DNA from: the human T2T-CHM13v2.0 reference genome, Homo sapiens
DNA length: 64,000 bases
Reading direction: 5' to 3' (one strand)
NCBI RefSeq assembly: GCF_009914755.1
Contig: NC_060941.1
Shown here: piece after piece, positions 15,850 to 33,435 of the stretch
Layout of the letters: the number at the start of each line of letters is the position of its first letter
Position numbering within the stretch: position 1 is the stretch's first letter
Position numbers and translations under genes: made by a program
The notes under the pieces: generated by a model
The model's input: only the letters and a program-made list of their open reading frames with translations
What the model was told of the DNA's origin: nothing
The model's database searches: none

Positions 15850-15851
15850 TG

Positions 15852-15889
<38 letters not shown>

Positions 15890-15905
15890 ATCTATCTATC
15901 TATCC
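15850..15905. repeat. (TATC)n microsatellite
   Basis: Direct reading. Confidence 0.95.
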
Positions 15906-16699
15906 ATCCACACATTTACCCACCTACCTACCTATCTATCCATCCATCATTTACTCAGAACAATGCCCGGTGTGATTTAAAGGCTATTATTATCATTATT
16001 TTCATTGTCAAGCTTAGTTTAACCACAACTACCTCATATAAGGTAGCTATCCCTTATTGTATAGGTAAGTAAACAGACTCAGAAGGGTTGAAGTAACTTG
16101 TCCAAAGGTACATAATTTGTAAATGCCAGTGCCAGGATAGGAAGTCCAGGGATCACTGTGTTTCAGTTGCATGCTCATAAACCATGAATAAGCTCTTTCC
16201 CTAATTCCCATTCTCAAAATGCAATATAGATGAGAAATATTAGATGCATCCTATTTAACCTTAATCGAGTTACTTCCCTGATAAAGATGACCCTAACAAA
16301 GCTATTTCTTCACTCCCAAGCAAAATATCAAGCCATCATGGGCACCAAGATTAGGGTGCAAAGCTTTTAGGCCTTTAGCATCATAAGAGAACATCTTTGG
16401 GGAAACAGGATTTTATCGTGTAATATTTTTTGACATGGGTGCCGAATTGGCTCTGCCAATCTAATTAGGCACTACCCTGCTTAAATAGCAGGATTCTGTA
16501 ATGACTTTAGAATCTGTAAGAATGCATACAGAATTTTTTGATTAATAGGTACATGCAAATTTATTTGGTAAAAATAGTGCCCTGTGCTATTTAATAATTT
16601 TTAAAAATAATTCTGTAATTTTTTTTACTATAAATACCAATGTCCTTATTAAAGACAAGTGGCTTATTTAGACAGATTATCTTTATTAAACCATAGTGT

Positions 16700-16837
16700 T
16701 GGGCACTGCGGCATGTGCCTATAATCCCAGCTACTCAGAGACTGAGGTGGGAGGATTGCTTGAGCCCAGTTCAAGACTAGCATGGGCAACACAGTGAGAC
16801 TTTGTCTCATTAAAAAAAAAAAAAAAAAAGCAAAAAC
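16700..16837 (+). mobile_element. Monomeric Alu (FLAM/FAM-like)
   Basis: Single monomer plus poly(A). Repeat AAACCATAGT at 16688-16697 and 16838-16847. Confidence 0.8.
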
Positions 16838-18457
16838 AAACCATAGTTATCCAAGTCCAATCAAGAAAGCAGCTGTTTATCTGAGATAAAGTATTTACTT
16901 TATCAGAGAGAATATAAATAATTGTTTAAGGAGGTATTGCAAGATTGAAATGGTAAGAAGACAGGACCACGATGTATGCAGACTTTTCAGGAATGAAAGT
17001 TTGGGTCACCATCCAACCACATAGAGGACTCTGACTGCTAAGATTGTGGCCTGGGGGAGGAGGGCAGAATGGGTAGAAGAGACAAACTTAACAGCAAGCA
17101 CTGCTATCTCATAGTAACATATGTGTACTTGCCTCGTATCAGTGGTATTGAATATAAAAAATCTATTTCTTCAGAATAAGGTGAATGGTAACCTCAGATT
17201 ATAAGTACAATAGGTCCCGGGGATTTGGTTAACCTTATAATACATATTTTAAAAGATGGTGTTTCTGAACAGCAGGCAGTATAGCACTATTTACACAGTA
17301 GGAGTTCAGAGTCCTTATACAGCGACGTAAGGACTTCACAGTGTTTCAGGGCTCTACGCAGTGAGGCGTGTTGGGACTTCAATAGTGGATCTGAGAAGAC
17401 TGGCTCCCAAGGTTAGCTGGTACAAATATCCAGAGGCATGTGAGCATTTAGACATTTAGGCATTTAGAGGCACAGGAACGAAAATGGAGAGCCTCTGGGC
17501 TGTGCTAATATTTGGTGCTAAGCAGGTTATGAAGCCTTGACTATAGGGAAATCCATCCCATTGAAACAAGGCTCCTGTCATCAATTTGGGGTACAGAGGG
17601 TAGTGTCTACAGAGTGGAGTGCCAACAAATGGCATGGGGATCAGGGCTCAGATCTGGAGCTCAAATCAAGGATACTGAGGAAAGCTGCTACTTGGTGGAC
17701 ATGAGTAATCCAAGAACTCATCAGAGGACACAAGGTAGTCTAAGGGACACGCCAGCTTATTCCCTTCATAGGATCCCCAGTAGAGTACTAAGTAATGTTG
17801 GTTGGGTTCTTATTGGCTGAGGGATGTGACTGGGCTATGAAAGTACAAGGTCTTTAGTCCTGATCACTGGGCACAGTTGGGGAAGGCAGAGACCTAGTGG
17901 TGTCCTTTTGGTTACACTGGCATCACTACTTCCTGACAGCGTTTCTCACGTTCATCTGATGGACATCAAATAATTTTGTTGGGGGTGATATGATTTTACT
18001 TGGGTGGTGTCAGAAGATATGTCAAGCTATATAACAATTGGGAAGAAGTAATATAGTAACTGGAAGAAAGTAAGAAAAGGCAAAGGTGAGAAGTCAGGTA
18101 ATTAGAAAATATAAAATTTCCAATTATTATTATTTTGGGGGTTTTATTTGAGATATTCCAGAATTTCCAGGATTGAAATAATTTAAAGCCAGAGAGCTGG
18201 GAGCCTTCCACATATTGTGTATCTTAAAGAGTAATATTGGGGATTTACAGACTTTACTCAGTGAATTTACTGACGGTGGTCTGAACATACATGATTAAAA
18301 AACTTAGAAAAGGCATGACAATAGTTCTGTCTTCCGAATTTCTGGATACATCAACCTTCAACTGCTATGGGTTACTAATCTTTAATTTTAAAGAGTATTA
18401 TGTACTTAAGTAAAGATAAATTCTGACAAATTGGGATAGTTTGCATCAGTAAGAAAG

Positions 18458-18463
18458 TTTATT
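18458..18463 (-). terminator. KRT10: KRT10 polyadenylation signal AATAAA
   Basis: tttatt on + strand, about 330 nt past the stop codon. Confidence 0.8.
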
Positions 18464-18795
18464 GAAATTCATTAGTAAATGAGAACAGAAAGTTGTTTTT
18501 CTTTCCATTAAAGAACACTTTCTGGTAAAGTGAAAAGAAGAAATACAGAAACCACAAAACACCTTGTAGACACCTTATTTTCAAGGTCTATTTCCATAGA
18601 CCATCAAGACAGAAGTGTTTTCTTGGAGACTTTGTTTTCCATGCATCTGTAAATAATGGTCTGTGTGAAGGGAGACTCTTTCCTCTTGATGCAGTTTAAT
18701 AGTAGTGTTTCTTGGTTTCTGATTCAACCATAGATGAAAGAACTCTACCGTCGGGCGCCACCTCTTCAATAATTGTCTTGATTACTCTGGTTTTG

Positions 18796-18802
18796 TTAGT
18801 AT
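18796..18802 (-). CDS. KRT10: KRT10 exon 8 coding part ((AG)A TAC TAA = R Y stop)
   Basis: Acceptor CACACAG|ATACTAA. Exon lengths sum to 1755 nt = 584 aa plus stop. Confidence 0.93.
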
Positions 18803-19075
18803 CTGTGTGAATGATGGAAAAAAAATTTTAAACAGTCTGTAGGGATCCTTAGTAATTAACAAGCAAATATTGTAAAAAGAAGGAAATTTCAACTTTACAT
18901 TGTTAAGCCCAAAAAAATGCTTAAGGTATGACATTTTGATCATGCCATTTTTCACGGCTGGTGTTAAGAGTAGTTTGTGAACAAATGCAAACGGAACCGT
19001 CTCTAAGATTTTTAATTTTTTAAAACAACTCTAGAGCTTAAAGCGCAAAAAAACCATCACAGGAAGTTAAAACTA

Positions 19076-19560
<485 letters not shown>

Positions 19561-19835
19561 AAATAAGCAAAACGTGTTGAAAAAATAAAACCCTGCCAGG
19601 TATATATTTTAAAACCCATCCTTTGAAAACAATGTTAAGTTCACAGAACTCTTAAGAATCATTTTGGGCCAAATTCATGAGAAAGTGAGATTGCGGTTGC
19701 GTACTCCTTTTTCTGTACTCTACCCTCTCTCCTCCCTTCCTCTCATTCTCTGGCATCTTCTTGGGGTTTAGATAAGCCTTGCTATCTGGAATATTGAATA
19801 AAAGAAACTGGGATAACTTTTCATTTTAAAATTTA

Positions 19836-20120
<285 letters not shown>

Positions 20121-20362
20121 TTATTTAGTAAGGCATTATATAGAAGAATAAGAAAATGAACAGAATTTGTTGTATGTTTAATGGCACCATTTCAGTTTCA
20201 GCACTTTTAGATCAACACTAGTAGTACTTTTCCTCCATTAACATGAGCTTCACTTTGTTTTCTCTTTCTTACCTCCAACTCTGCATTTTTTTGTTGCATT
20301 GCATATTCTTAGGTGAGCATGAAACTTTGTATGATAAAGTTGAAGTCATTTCATGAGAGTTA

Positions 20363-20494
<132 letters not shown>

Positions 20495-20575
20495 CTAGAG
20501 TATTAAAAACAAGGAAAAGGGTGAGGAAATTCTGAAATGATAAAACCTCCATGAGTTTCACTATAAGGAAGATTA

Positions 20576-20764
<189 letters not shown>

Positions 20765-20767
20765 TTA

Positions 20768-21004
<237 letters not shown>

Positions 21005-21353
21005 TCAATACTGGTTATAACTTATATAGGGGAGATGTATCTGGGCAGAGACTATTTAAAAAGCAGCTACATAGTTGATCTCATGTAATGGCAATATTTG
21101 TCATGTACAGTTCTCTTAGAAGTAATAGTGGTTTAATGGAAAAAACCTTAGCAGTTACTTTAAAATGCATTTTCTTCCTTTAATATTGCCAAAAAGGTAA
21201 CACTGACATGGAAAATTTCTCAGATAACTCCAATACTATTTAACTTTGGGTGAATTCAGAAAAATGTAAATGTTATTGAGGGCATCCCAAGTCATTGTTA
21301 AAAACCACTGATGTATTCGTTGTGATAGTATTATACAACGATCACTTAACTTA

Positions 21354-21455
<102 letters not shown>

Positions 21456-22215
21456 TTATTTGAGAAGAGGTCAGATGCAGATATGGCTTTTGTAGTGACA
21501 TAGATGCACTCTGCACTTTTATGTTGTTCTCTTACAAAATCTTGGGAAAATTTTTTATTTTAAATATGAAATATTGCAGGCTTACCCATATACTTAACTT
21601 TGAATTATTTGTTCTCTTGGAATTTCTCCAGTCTTGTATTTCTGTACACGAATTATTCCTTTCTGAAAACTAACTGGAATTATATAGATGTATTCCTGTA
21701 AGTGTGCCCTCCTCTTTTAGACTATGTGATTTCCATGTATTTCAGCCATGCTTTGGCTGACTCACACCTGCATTTGTTTAACTCATGATAAATACTAATA
21801 AATAAATACACTCTGAACTGGTACACAATAGGTACAATTCAGAAATTCCTTAGAGGCAAGCAGTGTCCCATTTTCATACTGGAAAATTTATTTTTCTTGC
21901 CATGTTGGTACTGAATATGGCTTGTTATCAGTCTGAATAACATTTTGTTCTGATTCATATCATGATTTTTTTTTTCAGTTTCTACATTTGTAAATAGCCT
22001 AGCATATTTTAACTGTGGACTCATTGTATGCTCATTAAAACCTCAAAAGTGCTTAGTAAATCTCCCATCCTCTTAAGACAAGTAGCACACTTGCTGGATG
22101 AAGATTGCCATGACCATAGTTTCACAGATGTTTATCTTTGATGAGACTGGGTTATTTTTGAAGGAAGAAAGTAACATGGGTAAGCATAGTGAACAGCCAC
22201 ATTGTGCTTAATTTA

Positions 22216-22935
<720 letters not shown>

Positions 22936-22957
22936 CTACCAAGGACAGTGACAAGCC

Positions 22958-23077
22958 TTTATATACTGAGAGGGTGTGTCCACATGTGTTAGAGTTTGCT
23001 TACTTACATTGTTTTCTTTTTGCCAACTTAGCATCTTTGGCTTATGATTGCATAAATTATCTTCAGTAATAACCAAT
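22958..23077 (-). promoter_or_regulatory. KRT10: KRT10 proximal promoter
   Basis: TATATAAA at 22958-22965. AAGCCAAA (AARCCAAA epidermal-keratin octamer) at 23036-23043. C/EBP-type ATTGCATAA at 23047-23055. CCAAT at 23073-23077. Confidence 0.8.
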
Positions 23078-24148
23078 CCTAATATGTACAATTTTGAATT
23101 TGCCCTAAGAATAAACAGGAGGTTTGCTATGTTGAAATTGAAAATGGGTGGAGTTCAGATGAGCATGTTTTATTATGCTTTTCACCTGTTGAAGAACATT
23201 GAGCAACCGTTAAGATCCATTTTTCTCAGCACTAATTCAGGTTGCATAGAATGTTTGCAAAGTTTAGAAAAAAAAGTTTCAGCTACAAAATTATAGTTAA
23301 AATAAGATTTTTCAAATTCATGTTTTAAACAGTTTTAATTGGAGCAACAAATAGCATAAAGTCTGGCAGGATCATGCTACAATAAGGTTCTTGTAGACAA
23401 CTGTAGGGAATCAAAAAGAAAAAGTTTCTAAAAATTTAACTAGCATCAATAGTTGCCACACATAAAACATTAAAGCCATAAAACCACAATTTAGGAGATT
23501 GTGTTTGTAGGAGATCTTTTAATTTATTTGGCAAATGAGAGTATATTGATATTTTGCCTAAGAAAGTGGAAGTAATGATTTTAGAATTTTCTAATTAATG
23601 ATGGCATTATTTTTAACATTAAAAAATCTGAAATCATAAAGTTATCCTGGATTATTTTGCACTTTTAAATTCATCATAGTTAAGGTTTCTGTGAAGACCA
23701 TAATAATGCAGAAAATCTGCATTATTTTCTTAGCATGAAATCCGAAGAACTAACTTGTAGTACTTTACACTAAGTTCTGATTGAGTAAAAAGGGAAAATT
23801 TGGATATGTTATGATTGCAAGTAAAAATTTGCTTGCAAAAATGTAAATCTATATTAGAGAATGATACTTGCACCAAATATTATGAACTAGACTGTGCACA
23901 TGTGTTCCCAAGCTAGGTTCAGTTTCTCAATAAAAACAACACATTTTCTTGGATATACTGTGTACAGAATTTGGTATAACAGTTTGTCTAGTGAAGTAAA
24001 TTGGGATTTTGGTACATTGTATAAGATTATATCTACCCATAGGCTATGACATTGCTGTTGTTTGGATGTATATATTCATACATGTTTTACAATTATGTAG
24101 TGCTGTTTGTGATACTGTGCTTTAAAAATTTCTAGAACAAGCTGTTGA

Positions 24149-24474
<326 letters not shown>

Positions 24475-26545
24475 GTGGTTATTGTTATTTCTAATTTATA
24501 GAAGAGGAAGTTGAAGTTGAGAGGTTGTGATTTTTTCCTGAAGATATGTAACAGGTGGTTGAACTGCAATTAGAAGCTTGGTCTTTTAACTCCTTGGTTC
24601 TTTTCCACTTTACCAATGTGTATATATATTATCTGCTCCAGTGGATTTGGTCTAATGGAGATGAATGACTCTAATTCTCACCGTAAACTTCTCCAAATGG
24701 GGAAAAAGAGCAAAACAAAAAGAACTTAGAATCATGAAAATATTCAAAGGGTAATGATTTGGCACACACTCTACCTTTAGTAATTGTTTTTTCAAATTAA
24801 GTTTATTGCTGCACATTTTGGTTTATGAAAACTACAGAAATAGTTTCTGTAGGGAAGGGAGTGTGGTTGGGAGCATTAATCAAATGTTGATTGTTAAAGT
24901 GGAGGTTACTACCCAGCAGATTGCAACTCTTCCAACTTGTTAGCACATGCAAATGGGGCAGTAGTTAAAAGAAAAACTGAAACCCAACCATGGGAATTGA
25001 TTCTTGATGAAGATAACCTACAGTTAAAGAAGGCTATGATAAATCAGGATAGGAAAAGAAAAAACTCCAATAACTTCAGAGAACATGTTGAAACCTTGAT
25101 ATTAATGAAATCTTTTTGGAAAGAAACATTTTAATTAAAAAGATATTTTGATTGATTTTACCTGTAATTAGCACAAGTTTTGGATCTTAGTATTACCAAT
25201 TTTGTTTTAGTATTAGCCTATAATTTCTCCCCCCAGTGGAAAATATAAAAATCCCAGTCTCCTTTCAGTTAATTAACAAGTGGTATGAAGAGAGCTCTGT
25301 TACAATCATATTAAACCAAAGAATATATGAAAGGGAATCTTTGCATAAAAGTACATAAGAACAAATACAGGTATGGAGGGCCTTCTAATACTATAACATT
25401 TAATTTAAGCTACCTTTACTGTTATTACCAAAGATTACTTATTAACTTGTATACTGTAGAAATTGATTTGTCTTTATTCACACTGTCATTTGTTGAAATC
25501 AGCCTTTGGCATGAGTAAAATTAAGAGATGCCACATAATAATTCTACAGCTAAATTGGATGAACATTTATGATTCTAGTCTTGGCACCATTTACACTTGA
25601 TTGCTATAATCCACTGTAACTGTATTTTCATTGTGCTCAATTTTTATTGTGTCTCTATGTAAAGTGCATTGGTAGGTATTTAAAATATAGAAAAATGAAT
25701 GAGATACACCTCCCGTCCTTATGGATCTTGCCAGTAGTTACAGTCTAATTGAGGAGACATGACATATACCATCAGTTTAAGCACTGTATGCTATATAAAT
25801 GGAAAATGATGGTGGGGCTTGGATGTGTAGGGGGAAGGAGTTAACATTTCCGGAATATCTCTATGATCTAGATGGTTTACTTTTCTTTAATCCTGCCCTA
25901 GGTTCTCTAAGATAGGTATTATTATCTCGTTTAATAGCTAAAAAACCTAAACCTTAAAAAGTTTTAGAAATTTGCCAGATTATGTATGTATTTGTTTATT
26001 TATATATCAGCAGTGTCTGTGTGATGACACACAGCCTGGTTTTGAATCAAGAGATACAGTTACAAAGGTGCTAGTTTTCATGACACCAGACTGGCATTCT
26101 TAAGACTAATGAGCAAGGGGTCATGTTGGAATGGGGCCAATTGACAAAGTTTCATGGTGCAGTTGAAATTTAAGCTGAGTCCTGTAAGGATGAGTAGGAC
26201 TTTTCATGTGTGCAACAGCAGAGAGAAGACTTCTGGGAAGTCAGGACTGTGAAAATGCCAAGCAAGTGGAGACACTGAGTGACCAGTTTGGCTGGAGTAG
26301 ATCATCCGTATATGTTAATTTATTCATACCTTCAGCAGGTTTTATTGAGCACCTGCAATATGGCCTGGGGAAGGCGTAGGTGACCAAGATACAGCTCCTA
26401 CCCTTCAAGGAGTTTACAATCTACTTGGAGAGGCAAACAAACATACCCACGAATCAGAGATTATAATATAGGGTAATCTGGGCTATATTTGAGCAATGTT
26501 CAGGGTTCCGAGGAATTACAGAGAGGTTGTCTAACAGTCTAGTGA

Positions 26546-26546
<1 letters not shown>

Positions 26547-26576
<30 letters not shown>
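26547..26576. repeat. (TG)n microsatellite
   Basis: Direct reading. Confidence 0.95.
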
Positions 26577-26577
<1 letters not shown>

Positions 26578-27812
26578 TGTGAGTGCACAATGAAAGAATA
26601 TTGAAGTAAAGTTCGGGATTGAGGATGAGTTTTGGTTTAAGACGTGAATTTGAGGTAATACCAGGATATTCATGTAAACATGTCTTTAAGCAATTATGGG
26701 ACTGCTGTTAAGGAGAGAGATTCAGAATAGCAGATTTTGGGGGTAGTTAGGATCCCTAAGGGAAGGAATTTAGAGAGAAATGTACAGAAGGTCTAATTCT
26801 GAACTTTTGGAGTCACTTTAGGGGCTGGGAAGAAGAAGTAGAGCTAGAGAATAATCCTGAAAAGAAGGACATCTAGGACCAGGGAAAGGGGGAAAGAGGA
26901 TCAGTGAAGCCAAGGGAGAAGAGAACGTGGGTGAGGTGATCATCCGAGAGGTCAATGAAAAGATGGATTGAGGAAAGTAATTTGGAACCATTGGCATCCT
27001 TCCAGAGGACAATTTTAATTGAGTAGTGGTGGGGCAATTCATGATGCATACCCAATATTGGAATTGATGACTTTGCTTATGGTATTTTATTTTCATGTTG
27101 TCCAGTTTATCAATTTCTTCTTTAATTGCTTCTGAACTTTGAGTCGTGGTTAAGACGGATATAGTTGCTATTCGCATGGGGTTAATTTGGCCGGAGCTCT
27201 AGAAGCATGTTGTGGATTCAAGTTTGTTATCAGTTTGACTTGTCTCACTGTTGGGATTTGGATCCTTTTTATTTCTTCCTTATTTTGCTTCAAGTAAAAT
27301 CCGCTTTTGAAGTTTCTAGCTGAAAATTCTATTTGCAAGTTTCTTTTTCTGATTGAGATATAATACATATAATTGAGATATAATGCATAGTTTAGGTAGT
27401 TGCAGAAGGACAAATCTGGTAATGCAGGTTATATCTCAAGATGGCAAGGTTGATCTAAATATTTAGAATTTTCTGTTGTTTATCACAAAGTTTAAGAGTC
27501 AGGCATTTTCTTTTTACTGTTCTGTGACTGTGCAAATTGCTTAATATACTTTTGTGATTACTACCCACAGAGTCAAAACAAAGTGGAAAATTGTATCATT
27601 ATTTGATAGATTTGGTACCCTCTTCTCAGATAGCTAATTGTTGGACAACTAAGATATCAATTGATAAAGTTCATGTCTTGTCATTGGTAAACTTCTAAAA
27701 TTCAGGGATTTAAAATCTACAAACACTCCTATATCAATTTTTCTGAAACTTCTGGGACTGTACTGTGATGGAAGCCACAAAAATATGGAAACTGCTTGAA
27801 GGCTTTTGAGTT

Positions 27813-28035
27813 TTGAGGGTAGTGTAGCAGGGTAAGTGGGTGGGCTCTGGGGTCAGACTGCCGGGGTTACAATCCAGGCTCCCCCATTTACTGTGAGGTT
27901 TCATCTCAATGTCCTCCTCTCTAAAGTAGGGATTATAATTTTTCATACTCTGTGGAGTTGTAGCAGGAGTCAAATGAGTTAATAAATATAAAGCGTTTAG
28001 AACAATGATTTGCATGCATAGAATAAGCACTTAAT
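27813..28035 (+). mobile_element. MIR
   Basis: ggctctggggtcagactgccggggttacaatccaggctcccccatttact...aaatgagttaataaatataaagcgtttagaaca. Confidence 0.75.
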
Positions 28036-29619
28036 GAATATATTTTTGTTGCTATTACTGTTTTGTGATCTCTGTTTCTCATAGGTTAACCCACTGTCCA
28101 ACCCACAGGATGCCTTCAAAATAGGAATGAATGAAAGGATAGGGTGAGAAGTTAGAAAATGGCTTGTGAGGGAGGAGAAAATGGCTGGAGAGGAAAGTAG
28201 GGTGGGGAAAAGGTGTTCAGCTTGATAACTTTTGTGATAAACCATGCCATCTGTTTTTCTTTGAGTGACACTTCCTTTCACTTTAAACTTCATTTCTTTA
28301 TCTCCTACATCCACCAAGGCACTAATTTTGTCACCTTCTCTTTGTCATAGCTAATGTATTCGTTTCTTTCTGTGTAGCCCCACTGTAACTGCCCTAATCT
28401 GAGCTTTCACCACTTTTCTCGAAGATTACTTCACCAGCTTCTGAAGTGGTTTTCTTGACTCAGCACTGTCAATTAAGATCTGTTCACTGCGGCAGGGTTG
28501 ATGTTCTTGAAACAGTACTGTCATCACTTCATCAACATACTCGGACCTCTTGTGGATGGATTAAGTCTTCTCCATAACCTTGCCCGACTCTGTCTGTCCA
28601 ACCTCATGCTCCCTGCGGTGAGTCAGGGTGGGGAGTGGAAGGAGTGCTACATTCTCTTCATAAAGTAATTATGTGGCCCTGGGCAAGATACTCAGCTTTC
28701 CGTGTCTCAGTTTACTACCCTATAAAATATGGATAGTAATGTTAAATATTAAAATATGGATAATAATCCATGATTCAGTGAAAAAATGTGTGTTAGCATC
28801 TCCTTTAAGAATCCTTTAATTACTTAATCCTTTAAGCAGGCCTTTCTACTCTTGGCTAAGATACTATGCTTTGTTCCATTTTAAGGCTTGTGTTTGTTGC
28901 TCTTGGCTTAGAATGCCCATCTTCTACTTTGCTGTTTATTCAAGTTATTCTACCTCAACTCCAGACTCTGACTTAAATGCCATCTCCTTCATGAGACTTC
29001 CCACCGTTAGTCTGTAGTTCACGGCTGTCTCTTTCTTCTCATTTCCTATGTTGAACAACTTGGTGTTTTATAATTTGTTATAATATTCTGGCCTCTTTAT
29101 TAGTGTTTCCAATGCAATACGACATTTAAGTTCCTTTAGAGAAGGGAGGGTGCCTCTGTTCTTGCTGCACCCAGTACTCATTGTTCTCTGAATGTTTTCG
29201 TATTGCCTCAGTGCCTTTCCCCACTTTCTTTGCCTTTATTTTTTTCTCCAAACTCTTGGCCTGTATGTTTTGGCAATAGTGCAAGTTAAAAATTTAAATG
29301 AAGGCTGGTTGAAGACAACTAATTTAATTTTGCTTTAAAGGAAATTATGATACTTTTTGATGTAAGAATATGTAAGAATGATAAGAAAACCAAGATTCTG
29401 CATAGGAATTTTAAAATACCTTAAAGTATATAAAGATATATTCCTTAGAATGGAAATACACTATATATATTAAGAAAACATTTTGGCCCTCACTTTTTCC
29501 TCTTCATTAAAGGTCACTTTTTTTTTGTCTTGGATCTGTTGAGATTATCTTGATACTAGTAACCTGCTAAAATATATCTGTAGTTTTATTCTAAAATTTG
29601 AATTTTTTTCATACATCAC

Positions 29620-31105
29620 ATCAAATTAAAAAGCTTCTGCACAGCAAAGGAAACAATCAACAAAGTAAAGAGACAGCCCACGGAATGAGAGAAAATATTT
29701 GCAAACTATCCATCTGACAGAGGGTTAATAACCAGAATATATAAGGAGCTCAAACAACTCAATAGGAAAGAAAATCTAATAATCTGATAAAAAAAATGGG
29801 CAAAAGATCTGAATAGACATACAAATCTCAAAAGACATACAGGCTAGGCATGGTGGCTCACACCTCTAATCCCAGCACTTAGGGAGACTGGGATGGGAGG
29901 ACTACTTGAGCCTAGGAATTCAAGACCAGCCTGGGTAACGTAGGGAGACCCCATCTCTACAAAAAATAAAAATAAATTAGCTGGGTGTGATGGCATGTGT
30001 CTGTAGTCCCAGCTACTTGGGAGGCTGAGGTGAGCCATGTTCCTGCCACTGCACTCCAGCCTGGGCAACAGAGTGACCTCAAAAAAAAAAAATAAGAAAA
30101 CATATAATGGCAAACAGGTATGTAAAAAGGGGCTCAACATCATTGATCATCAGAGAAATGACTCAAAACTGTGCAATGAGAATGTGATTCTCACTGCAGT
30201 TGAATGAATAATGTAAATTATTACAGTCACAGTAATTTGTTGTACAACTCACCCCGCTTAAAATGGCTTTTATCCAAAAGAGAGGCAATAATGAATGCTA
30301 GTGAGGATGTGGAGAAAAGGGAACCCCCTCGTTCACTGTCCTTGGGAATGTAAATTAGTACAGCCACTATGGAGAACAGTATGGAGGTTCCTCAAAAAGC
30401 TAATAATAGAACTACTGTATGATCCAGCAGTCCCACTGCTAGATATATACCCAAAATCATGGAAATCAGTATATCAGTGAGATATCTGCACCCTCATTTT
30501 TTTTTTGCAATTGTGTTCACAATAGCCAAGATGTGGAAACAACCTAAGTGTACATCAACAGACAGGTTGATAAAGAAAACGTGGTACATATGCTCAATGG
30601 AGTACTATTCAGCCATAAAAAAGAATGAGATCCTGTTATTGCAACAACTTGACTGGACCTGGAGGACATTATGTTAAGTGAGATAAACCAGGCATAGAAA
30701 GATAAACTTCTCATGTTCTCATTTGTGGGAGCTAAAAATGAGAACAATTGAACTCATAGAGATAGAGAGTAGAAAAATGGTTACCAGAGGCTGGGAAGGG
30801 TAGTGTGGGGTGAGGGGGCTGGGAAGTGGGGATGGTTAATGGGTACAAAAATATAATTAGATAGAACAAATATAATCTAGTATTTGATAGCACAACAGGG
30901 TGATTATAGTCACAATAATTTATTGTACATTTTAAATTAAAAAAATATTATTGGAATATTTGTAACACAAAGAAATGATAAATGCTTGAGGTAATGGGTA
31001 CCACGTTTACCTGGGTGTGATTATTATGCATTGTTGCCTGTATTGAAATATCTCTTGTTCCTTCTGAATAATACAGTTACCATGGACCCATAAAAAGTTA
31101 AAAAT
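29620..31105 (+). mobile_element. L1M(A) 3' portion, interrupted by an Alu
   Basis: aaaagcttctgcacagcaaaggaaacaatcaac, gaatgtaaattagtacagccactatgga, 3' UTR words. Confidence 0.9.
29842..30098 (+). mobile_element. Alu (J-like) with internal deletion
   Basis: Alu consensus plus A tail, inside the L1. Confidence 0.9.
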
Positions 31106-31904
31106 TTTGAATGTTTTTTATATTAGGAGAATTGACAATTCTAGTTGGGTTTCTGGCTAGGTAGCCTATGAGTATGTTGTAATTTAAGGATTAAATATAA
31201 TATAACTTAGCTTTTAAATTTCATTAGTATGTCATGGGATTTCTTTTCAGGTAAATTAATTTCATTTTGTAAAAGACAATTGCTCACTATGAGTTAGCGC
31301 ATTAGTAGGATAATTAATTAACATATAACATAAAATAGAAATGTAATATCCCTTTTAGTTTTCATAAAAAATAGTGAAGCCGAAAGTACCAAACAATTCT
31401 CTACAGACCCATTTTAAAATATTGAAACTGAACATTGTCCAAAATTCAGTGGCTGTTTTCTCCCCCTCATAAATCTAAGAAAATTCCTTTAGGTCCAGCT
31501 GTGGTTGCTTGTCCAATTGGTCATTTCAAGGATGGCTGGATATGAGAGAAAATAACATTATAATTGGGTATAACTTCATAATTTTTACTTAGAGAGTCTG
31601 GACAGATCTAAATAGAGTAGAGAAAGTTTTGGATTAGAAATGATACATACAGAGGTTAAGGTTTACAGTGAAAGCATTTAATCCCCCACTCTAGTGATTT
31701 TAAGTCAGTATATGTAACATGCTTAAATTTAAAGGAAAAAGTCTTAAGGAATCAAATTAATTTCCTAATTTTAAAGGTTTTTAAAAAATACTTGACCTTA
31801 TGGACTCAGACAACTAGTCAATTTCATAATAAATGGACCCTCTGTCTTTGAATCACTTTTTTTTTTTGGTAAGGGGGTTGTAAGAATGGTAGAGGAATAG
31901 ATTT

Positions 31905-31986
31905 AAATAATTATTTAAATGTAACACACAATAGTAGCAGAGAAAATAATTATTTAAATGTAACACACAATAGTAACAGAGAAAAT
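31905..31986. repeat. 39-bp tandem duplication
   Basis: aaataattatttaaatgtaacacacaatagta(g/a)cagaga twice, starting at 31905 and 31944, one mismatch. Confidence 0.9.
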
Positions 31987-32213
31987 GTACCACAACCATT
32001 CTGTGGCTTCTTTCACAAGGCTGACGACTGATAATCTCCAAAGAACTTTTGATTTCTTGTATTAAACCCATTAAACAAATATGCAAATAACATTTGCAAA
32101 GTCAGTCCTAAGATAGAGTTTATAGAGCTTGATGAGACTTTTTTATGTTCCAAGACCTGTTCTAAATTTTACTTGCATTTTTGTCTCATCAAATCCTGTT
32201 GGCAACTTTATGA

Positions 32214-32523
<310 letters not shown>

Positions 32524-32538
32524 AGAAATTTTATTTTA

Positions 32539-32903
<365 letters not shown>

Positions 32904-33435
32904 AAATTAGTTAAAATTTAGCATGCCCAAAACGATTCAATAAAGGGACTTTGGTGGGATTTGAACACAGACCTATCTTCAGAGCTTTTTAAAAACACAA
33001 TGATTAACTTTTTTCTTTTTTTAAACACACTGTTGCTGGCTTAAACTGAGTAACTCCTAAAACTCTTTTGAAATGAGCTAAAATTGTATTTTTCAGTTAT
33101 GTGACTTGGAAAATTAACAAGAACATAAGGGATTTTAGTTTCTTTTTCAGACTAGACAAGCCTTCCTTATCATACTTCTGTGATGAAAAAAATAGACTAA
33201 TTTGAAAAGAAAAAGAACTAATGAGGCAAGATATCCTGCCCTGGAAGAGATCAGACTTGTAGGCCTTGTCTGTTCCCAGGAGAGACTCTGCACTAACTTC
33301 CTGAGGGTCCGTCTGGCATGGGTTAATGAAGGTTCCTAACTCTTTGGCAGACCAGTCATTAAAATAACAAATCACAGCAATTAGCCACCATGCATAATTG
33401 AAGCATTAATCCTTTTATAATGCTGGCTTTTTCAG

